Assembly: GCA_964429715.1 (NCBI GenBank)
Contig: CAYSCV010000001.1
Span: forward strand, 1-41,377
Length of the DNA stretch: 41,377 nucleotides
Origin: an uncultured Methanosarcinales archaeon
GTDB lineage: Archaea; Nanobdellota; Nanobdellia; Woesearchaeales; GW2011-AR9
Direction: 5' to 3'
The notes under the pieces are model-generated. The model was not told where the DNA came from and did not search any database. It saw nothing but the letters and a program-made list of their open reading frames with translations. Position 1 is the first letter of the stretch. Each line of letters begins with the position of its first letter. A program made the translations under genes and the position numbers. Positions 34,450-40,790 of this stretch are shown here, one piece after another.

Positions 34450-35940
34450 CTTTGTTAATTTCAAAATTAATTTAACTGCTCTTTCTGAAGCTTTCCCATC
34501 TATTTTGCTGAAGAATTCTTTAATGGTCTTAGTTCTCACTTCTTGGTTTATTTCTGGATGTTCTACTATTCTTTGAATTTCAGTTCTCATATTTTCATTA
34601 AAAGGAATGTGGATAGAGGGATCCAGATCTTTAAAATAGGCGGGCATATCTTTTACTAAGGGAATTGTGACAGAAGGGATGTTTAAAATTGATGCTTCAA
34701 GAATGGCGGTAGATGAACGAAAGTTGATCATGAATATCGATTTATTTAATAATTCATATAATTGGTTTGCATTCTTGTGTTCATGTATTTTAATTTTTTC
34801 GTTATTTATTAAAGCTAAGCGATAGTATTCTTTGAGATGTATCTCTCGTGGATGTAATTTTATGTTGACATTCAAATTTAATGAGAGACATATTTCGATA
34901 ACTTTCTTTATACACTGAAAGTAATACTCTTTTTCGATTAGGTAGTCTTCTACTAATGGCTGTGTTAAAATTAAAATATTCGTGTTATTTTTTTTCTCTG
35001 TTTGAAAGTGATTGATAATTTCGTCGTATACTATTGGGCCAGTTATAACTATCCTTTTTGAATCTATTCCTGCCGCAATTAATTTACGTTTTATGTATGG
35101 TCCAAATACAGCAAGATAGGTGTTTTCTAGAAAATTATCTGGTTTTCCGGAAATTGTTCCTATGCCATGCTGGATGAAAAGAGACGGCTTCTTTACTGTT
35201 TTTGCGGCAGCAAAGCAGCATCGTTCAAAAAGACCATTTTGGGCGGTTGTTACAACAATTGAGATATTTTCTTCCTCAATTATTTTTTTAAATACTTCAT
35301 AATATAATATTGTTAGATATAAGAATTCTTTTGAAAAGTATAGGCAAAAAGCAGGTTCAACGTAAGGCCAAATAGTTATACATTTAACTGATAGAATTTC
35401 TTCTACTTTTTTTTTATCAATATTTTTCCAGGAATTATATAATTCTTGCGATTTTATCTCCGCTTTTTGTACGGTGTCTTTATCGATATGTTGGTAAATG
35501 GTGTTCAAATGAATGTTATTTCTTTTCGCTGTTGAGGAAAGTTTATCCGCAAATAAGACGTATGGTTCGATTTTCTTTTTTTCTAACTGGTCAATTATTC
35601 CTTGAATACGGTAAATCTTATTTTTTTCGTAATGGTTACTATATGATAAAAAAAGCACTTTTTTATTTTTTCTTGTTTGGTTGTCATTTACTTGGGATTC
35701 AATTTGATCATGCATCCTAGCTTTCATCACAAGGTTATACTTTTTTGACTCATTATACTTTATGTATTTTGCGATGATTTTAGCCGTCATAATCAGTCTT
35801 TTTTGTTCTACAAAATTAATTTTCCGTTTATTATACATTTTTTTAGAAGTGTTAATCTGTTTAGGTATAACATGCGGCAAAAATAATCTTTGGTAAATCC
35901 ACATCAGGGGGATGTTATCAATATTAAAAATGTCATCCAT
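34444..35940 (-). CDS. GT-B-like TagF/KpsS-type putative glycosyl- or glycerophospho-transferase
   Basis: FIQHGIG, ITGPIVYD, NIKLHPRE and SSTAILEASILNIPSV resemble CDP-glycerol glycerophosphotransferase and capsule-synthesis families. I start it at ATG 35940. The track start 36159 adds 73 codons that coincide with a GC-rich palindromic element. Confidence 0.4.
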   Translation of the reverse strand: MDDIFNIDNIPLMWIYQRLFLPHVIPKQINTSKKMYNKRKINFVEQKRLIMTAKIIAKYIKYNESKKYNLVMKARMHDQIESQVNDNQTRKNKKVLFLSYSNHYEKNKIYRIQGIIDQLEKKKIEPYVLFADKLSSTAKRNNIHLNTIYQHIDKDTVQKAEIKSQELYNSWKNIDKKKVEEILSVKCITIWPYVEPAFCLYFSKEFLYLTILYYEVFKKIIEEENISIVVTTAQNGLFERCCFAAAKTVKKPSLFIQHGIGTISGKPDNFLENTYLAVFGPYIKRKLIAAGIDSKRIVITGPIVYDEIINHFQTEKKNNTNILILTQPLVEDYLIEKEYYFQCIKKVIEICLSLNLNVNIKLHPREIHLKEYYRLALINNEKIKIHEHKNANQLYELLNKSIFMINFRSSTAILEASILNIPSVTIPLVKDMPAYFKDLDPSIHIPFNENMRTEIQRIVEHPEINQEVRTKTIKEFFSKIDGKASERAVKLILKLTKS

Positions 35941-35989
35941 ACTTTTTCCGGAAAATACTTTTAAAGAAGACCATCCGTTGGGCAACTCT

Positions 35990-36112
35990 TTATTACTCGC
36001 TGGGTCAATACCCGGTTGCTCTGCAACGATTCCAGCGAGTAATGAACGGAGAGCCGTCTTGGAAAGCGGCGTAATACCCCGCAGCTCTGCTGCGATTGGG
36101 ATAGCCGCTTTC
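35990..36112. repeat. Tandem pair of nested inverted repeats (hairpin-in-hairpin units); candidate structured RNA or REP-like element
   Basis: Unit A: 35990-36003 pairs with 36032-36045 (14 bp, one G-T), with inner gttgc-tct-gcaac at 36015-36027. Unit B: 36062-36070 pairs with 36104-36112 (9 bp), with inner cgcagc-tct-gctgcg at 36080-36094. Loop segments are conserved between units while the stems differ but stay complementary. Confidence 0.6.
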
Positions 36113-36134
36113 AGGCTCGACAGTTTATTTTCTT

Positions 36135-37490
36135 TCAGGTCAATACTATTTTTTCCCATGCTTTTTTAATAATCTGTGTGGTATTATCCTTGGTTTTTTC
36201 TTCTGTCTTTAAGATTGTTGACTCTAATTTTTGGTGTAGTATATCATATTTTCTTGTCTGTTCATCTATGTCTTCTTTATGGTGTACTGTCCTTATGTTT
36301 GAACGAGTAACAGTTGTAGAAAAAATTGCGGTATTTTTATCTCTGTTTGTTAATGTTTCAATTGGGGCGGTTAGGATGTATGTGAAATCTGGTTTGGGAA
36401 ATATTTTTAGTAACATTGGTTGGATTATACTTTTTTCAGCGTAGGCGTGTTGTGCATAATTGTCGTAGTAATATCTGTCAGTAATTATGACTTTTCCTTT
36501 TCTTAATGAGGGATATATATGGATGAAATATCTGGTTAGGTAATCAATAAATGTATATAATATAATTATCTCTTTAAACAGATTAAAAGAGGATTTTTCA
36601 TTGAGATAGTTGTATGAACCTTTTTTTCCTTGTATTTTTTGGGCGATTTTGGTTGTGGGGAGGATAGGGTCCCAACCAAAATAATATCCTATCTCTCCAT
36701 GAAAATGTGATGTAATTGGTTTACATTTTTCAAATAGATTGTTGGCAAGTGTTGTTTTTCCACTTCCATTTGGTCCTATTATTGCAATCATTATTCCTTT
36801 TCGTTTCCAAGAAAATGGTCTACCTATTTTCAAAATACCTTTTTTGAGGATATAGGGGAGGAGAGCTGGTTTATTCATTATTTTCATTATCCAGGTCTTT
36901 ATGATTAGATCGGATGGTATTGGTCCTAACGGCAATCTAATTACTTGATCAAAACTGTTCTTCCATCCGTTGTTACGAATTTGAGATTGAATGTAGCTGA
37001 GATCATATCGATTAATTGCATTTGGACCTATTTGATCAAAATAGTTCTTTTCTTTTTGCGTTATTTTAAAATTTTCAAATAGAACGTGGCCGGCATGAAT
37101 TAGAATGGAATCTTCTGTACTCGGAATAATGATTAATGGGTTGATAGTCTGTTTGTGTTTAAATAGGGGGGCTTTCTCTAAAGCTTTTATACCATGCCAG
37201 GCGACTTCACGATGGAGATGGATGGAACAAATATCATTATTGATAATTGAACAATACATCTGTTTATATATCTCTATTTTTTCAGAGAATCTTAGTTTAA
37301 ATCCATTTCTGACTAGTATTTCTCCGGCAGCATAATAATCTGTGTCATTTTCAAACAGAATATCTAGATTTTTATTCTGTCCGGCAAAGATGTGTTCGCA
37401 TTTGAAGAGGAGGTAACTTAATTTTTCTGTATGGAATAAATTTAATACTTGCATTATTCCTGGGGGTGTTTGAAGATATTTTTGATTCAT
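36135..37490 (-). CDS. Uncharacterised two-domain protein: nucleotidyltransferase-like N-terminal domain plus thymidylate-kinase-like P-loop domain (paralogue of 1688..2986)
   Basis: Walker A IIGPNGSGKTTL, DRY-type motif VIITDRYYYDNY, and IFPKPDFTYIL (compare LFPKPTLTFYL in the paralogue). The N-terminus carries NLDILFENDTDY and SIHLHREVAWHG. Confidence 0.5.
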   Translation of the reverse strand: MNQKYLQTPPGIMQVLNLFHTEKLSYLLFKCEHIFAGQNKNLDILFENDTDYYAAGEILVRNGFKLRFSEKIEIYKQMYCSIINNDICSIHLHREVAWHGIKALEKAPLFKHKQTINPLIIIPSTEDSILIHAGHVLFENFKITQKEKNYFDQIGPNAINRYDLSYIQSQIRNNGWKNSFDQVIRLPLGPIPSDLIIKTWIMKIMNKPALLPYILKKGILKIGRPFSWKRKGIMIAIIGPNGSGKTTLANNLFEKCKPITSHFHGEIGYYFGWDPILPTTKIAQKIQGKKGSYNYLNEKSSFNLFKEIIILYTFIDYLTRYFIHIYPSLRKGKVIITDRYYYDNYAQHAYAEKSIIQPMLLKIFPKPDFTYILTAPIETLTNRDKNTAIFSTTVTRSNIRTVHHKEDIDEQTRKYDILHQKLESTILKTEEKTKDNTTQIIKKAWEKIVLT

Positions 37491-37515
37491 GTTGATTTTA
37501 TCTCTTATTTATTTC

Positions 37516-38529
37516 TTATTTTATTTCTTTATATATCTCTTCATGTTTTTTAATAAATTCTGTTTTAGAAAAGTATTTTTCTGCGGTTTTTCTACAATTT
37601 TTTTGGTAAGATGTATAATCTTGTTTTAATTTATTAATGGCTTGTAAAAAACTTTCTTGATTTGGTTCAAAAATAACTCCACATTTTTCTTTTTCGACAA
37701 TTTCGGCAATGCCGGTTTGTGAAGAGACAATAAGGGGCTTTCCTGCGGCTAAACTTTCGGCAGCAGAGGTGGGGATGAGTTTCAAATATCCATCCAGTTG
37801 AAGGTACGGGATGAGTGTTGCGTGAACTTGGGCATATTGATGATTCATGTTTTGATAGATCTTATTATCTGCTTCTATGTTTTGCAATTCTCTTTGTTTG
37901 ATTATTTTTTCAACTAAAGTTGAATCTCTTAACAGAAATTTAATTTTTACTTCTTTGAGTTTTTTATCTGTATCTAATATTAAATATATCCCTCTTTTTT
38001 CTAAATCTTTTACTTTTGCAGGGGTGCTTGCACAAAGGAGGATGAAATTTCCTGCGGGGGTTTGATATGAAAACGAATCTAAATCTACGGGCGGATAAAT
38101 CACAGAAATTTGTTGTTCATCTATTCCAGCAGCAAGCAGTTCTTTTTTCTGGACCTCAGATTGGATTATTATTTTTTTAACAGATGTGATATCTTTTAGT
38201 CTTTTTATGATTTTTTCTTTTGGGATAAAATTAGTGGAACTGAGGATGGTGTTTTTTGATTTAAAAAAGGGTAAATATGGGCGGTCGCAGAGATTAGAAT
38301 AGATGTGAATTATCTTATTATTGCTCCAGTAGTACAGTTGAGGGAGGGAGAAGGGATAATAGAAAAAGTGATGAGAAATGATATCTTTTTTAAACTTCCA
38401 GTTGAATAGACCATCTAAGTGAACATTAAAAATCGAACTATGAAATGTTTGCGATAACAGGGCTATCTCTTTTGAAGTGGCTTCTAATGGTGGCCGGTAC
38501 CTTTGGGTGAGATAGAGTATTTTCTTCAT
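37516..38529 (-). CDS. GT-B glycosyltransferase (GT4/group 1-like)
   Basis: The C-terminal motif region TSAAESLAAGKPLIVSSQTGIAEIV resembles the E-x7-E region of group 1 glycosyltransferases. Length is 337 aa. Confidence 0.6.
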   Translation of the reverse strand: MKKILYLTQRYRPPLEATSKEIALLSQTFHSSIFNVHLDGLFNWKFKKDIISHHFFYYPFSLPQLYYWSNNKIIHIYSNLCDRPYLPFFKSKNTILSSTNFIPKEKIIKRLKDITSVKKIIIQSEVQKKELLAAGIDEQQISVIYPPVDLDSFSYQTPAGNFILLCASTPAKVKDLEKRGIYLILDTDKKLKEVKIKFLLRDSTLVEKIIKQRELQNIEADNKIYQNMNHQYAQVHATLIPYLQLDGYLKLIPTSAAESLAAGKPLIVSSQTGIAEIVEKEKCGVIFEPNQESFLQAINKLKQDYTSYQKNCRKTAEKYFSKTEFIKKHEEIYKEIK

Positions 38530-38552
38530 TATTTATGAAAATTTGTCTGTTC

Positions 38553-38562
38553 CTATTTAAAA
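38553..38562 (-). promoter_or_regulatory. TATA-box-like element (minus-strand ttttaaatag) for the operon starting at 38529
   Basis: Centred about 29 nt upstream of the ATG at 38529, with no SD. Confidence 0.35.
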
Positions 38563-38662
38563 GGTTAGTGAAAATAAGAGGTAGCGGGGAGTTTATTTCT
38601 GTCGTTAACTACATTTCCATAAGTTTTAAATATTTAGTGCAATTGGAATTTTATAGTTTTTA

Positions 38663-38686
38663 AAAGATTTATCTAAAGATTTATCT
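38663..38686 (+). repeat. Perfect 12-bp tandem direct repeat AAAGATTTATCT x2 in the promoter region of the CDP-alcohol phosphatidyltransferase gene
   Basis: 38663-38674 and 38675-38686 are identical. The second copy ends 30 nt upstream of ATG 38717, and each copy looks like a purine-rich BRE plus a TATA-like box. Confidence 0.6.
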
Positions 38687-38716
38687 ATCAATTATCGCTT
38701 CGTAGTTAATTATACC

Positions 38717-39406
38717 ATGGAACTTAAAGAATTTTACACTAAAACCAGGAAACAGAATGATGATTATGTGTCGAGGGCTGCTAGGGCAGTTATTACGAAA
38801 CCAATGGCATTTTTGGTGGTAAAATATACCCCTATAACGCCAAATCAGATAACGGTTTTGAGCATAATTCCAGGGGTTAGTTCTCTTATTTTCTTAGCTT
38901 TGGGTGGGAAATATACTCTTGTTGGGGCAATCTTATTTTTTGTGTATGGGCTTCTTGATGGAGTGGATGGGCTTGTTGCAAGAGCGAGAGGGTTGTATAG
39001 CAAACAAGGGCAATGGCTTGATGGTATTATTGGTTTTGTGTTGGTGCCATTGACGTTTTTAGCTACAGCGATTGGATTAGGTGATTATTATTCTTTACTT
39101 GTCGGCTCTATCGCTTCATTATGCTTTCCGATTCAATTTGTTTTAATTCATTATTTTAAATCGGAAATTGTTCAATGCAATGAGAGCTTACAAATTTCTG
39201 CGTCGGGAAAATTCGAGTTCTTGAAGTATATTTATGGCGTTGCGCTTTATTATTACTTATTACTTTTTGGAGCTTTGTTTGATGCAATGATTTATGTACT
39301 GTTATTTTTTGCTGTTTTTGGTACGATGTTTTGGATGGGAACAATCATGTTACAGTATATCATTCTTAGACGAGAAAATGATTCAGGAGAGGGTCATAAG
39401 AAGTAG
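38717..39406 (+). CDS. CDP-alcohol phosphatidyltransferase family membrane protein with incomplete signature motif
   Basis: LLDGVDGLVARARGLYSKQGQWLDGIIG matches D-x2-DG-x2-AR-x8-G-x3-D, but the final D (x3-D) is Gly. The protein has multiple TM helices. Confidence 0.7.
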   Translation: MELKEFYTKTRKQNDDYVSRAARAVITKPMAFLVVKYTPITPNQITVLSIIPGVSSLIFLALGGKYTLVGAILFFVYGLLDGVDGLVARARGLYSKQGQWLDGIIGFVLVPLTFLATAIGLGDYYSLLVGSIASLCFPIQFVLIHYFKSEIVQCNESLQISASGKFEFLKYIYGVALYYYLLLFGALFDAMIYVLLFFAVFGTMFWMGTIMLQYIILRRENDSGEGHKK

Positions 39407-39450
39407 ACTATTGAACTGGGATTTTCTCCAATTTTCTTTTGATATTAGTA

Positions 39451-39489
39451 TTCTCCCCTGTTTGTTGCGAGAAAAGTTTATTTTTTTTT
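39451..39489 (+). terminator. Weak hairpin plus T9 run between convergent genes (candidate oligo-T terminator)
   Basis: ttctc (39451-39455) pairs with gagaa (39469-39473), followed by a T9 run at 39481-39489. The run overlaps the stop codon of the convergent minus-strand gene. Confidence 0.25.
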
Positions 39490-40744
39490 ATAACTTACTT
39501 TCTATTTCAGATGTCAAGTTTATAAGATTGAATGCTTGGTAGTATCTAAAGATTGAGTCGCTTATTTTTTGGATTACGATTTGATGGGCATCAATATTTT
39601 TCTCTTTCAGATTTGTGTACAGCTGTATTCTTGCTTGTTGGACTGTGTCTTTGGTCCAGATGTACCTTGAGCCGGTTTGGACTAACCAGTTTTGTCTTTC
39701 TTCTGTCAATTCTTCAAATGATTTTTCTTTTTCATCTTCCTGCAGCCATTTTTTCCATCGTCCACTTCCAACTACGGCATTTTGTAGAGCTATACTAATT
39801 TGACTTGGAGTTTTAATTGTTCCTTGCTGAGATAATTGCAGTTCTGTTTTTTCTAGATCACGTAAAGCTTGGTATTCTACTGCGGTAAATTCGGGACCTA
39901 TATTTGCGGCGCCTACGCCACATTGAGGGTAGAGTTCGGGATTATTTACAAAATCTGTATAATGGCCTTTCAGAGCTGAATTGTAAGGACGGAGAGCGTC
40001 TACTAATTTCCCGGTGATTTCTCGATCAAATGTAGTTGTATGAAGGTCAGTTCCAACTTGACCGACAATAAAGCAGGGCCAGACACCAACATCATGGAGT
40101 TGTTGTTTTAGGGATCTGAGGTATTCTTGAAATATGTTGATTTGGGTTAAGCCACCATTGACTTCTTCACTACCAACTTCGTAATCAACAGGGTTATATC
40201 CTTTTTTGCAGCGATAATTTTCGGCGTATTTTATTAATTCTACGGCACGATCTACTACGAGATGAAGTGGAACTGGTTGGTCTCCATATCCAGGATCAAG
40301 TGTGGTATCAATGTGGAGAAGATCATACTTAGCATCAAGACATGCTTCAATAGATTTTCGAATTGCGGTCATTGTGCTTGGGGTATCCCAGTGTTTCTGG
40401 TTGTCTTTTAACCAAGGTCCGCCGTGATCAAGGCAGATTGCCGTTGGTTGAGTGGATTCGTATTTTTCAATGAAATATTTTGTCTTTTGTACTACATCGG
40501 CTTGTGTCCATCCAGTGTAGCCGCGGTCTACATCAACTTGGTTTAGGGTGACGGCATAGAGAAGGGGAGCATTGGCTCTCTTTGAGGCAACAATTGCTCC
40601 TTCTAAAACGGCTTCAGAATTAGGACAAACAGCCAAGAGGGTTGTTTGTCTTTTACTTTGTTTTATCGATTCAAGTAAATAACGGCAGATTCCCACGTTT
40701 TGTTCCAATGCGGCTTGTCTGATTTTATTGTTGTTAATTGTCAT
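39488..40744 (-). CDS. GatZ/KbaZ-family protein (tagatose-bisphosphate aldolase subunit / tagatose-6-phosphate epimerase-like)
   Basis: From memory of E. coli GatZ: LNQVDVDRGYTGWTQADV (GatZ SNQVNQFGGYTGMTPADF), LDHGGPW (GDHLGPN), LHIDTT (IHLDAS), YEVGSEE (YVIGTEV), HYTDF (HSTDY). Strong AAGGAGGG SD lies upstream. Confidence 0.65.
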   Translation of the reverse strand: MTINNNKIRQAALEQNVGICRYLLESIKQSKRQTTLLAVCPNSEAVLEGAIVASKRANAPLLYAVTLNQVDVDRGYTGWTQADVVQKTKYFIEKYESTQPTAICLDHGGPWLKDNQKHWDTPSTMTAIRKSIEACLDAKYDLLHIDTTLDPGYGDQPVPLHLVVDRAVELIKYAENYRCKKGYNPVDYEVGSEEVNGGLTQINIFQEYLRSLKQQLHDVGVWPCFIVGQVGTDLHTTTFDREITGKLVDALRPYNSALKGHYTDFVNNPELYPQCGVGAANIGPEFTAVEYQALRDLEKTELQLSQQGTIKTPSQISIALQNAVVGSGRWKKWLQEDEKEKSFEELTEERQNWLVQTGSRYIWTKDTVQQARIQLYTNLKEKNIDAHQIVIQKISDSIFRYYQAFNLINLTSEIESKL

Positions 40745-40790
40745 GGTTGTCCCTCCTTTTAATGTTATGTGTGATATATCTCTTATTAAT

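Noticed and set aside
34444-36159. Full-length 571-aa reading of the TagF/KpsS-like ORF, starting at 36159 and overlapping the upstream gene by 25 nt
   Set aside because: The first 73 codons coincide exactly with the GC-rich palindromic element (35990-36112). That element is stop-free on both strands, so the open frame is probably a by-product of composition. ATG 35940, with an upstream TATA-like box, is a more credible start. This is not certain, and the long form remains possible.
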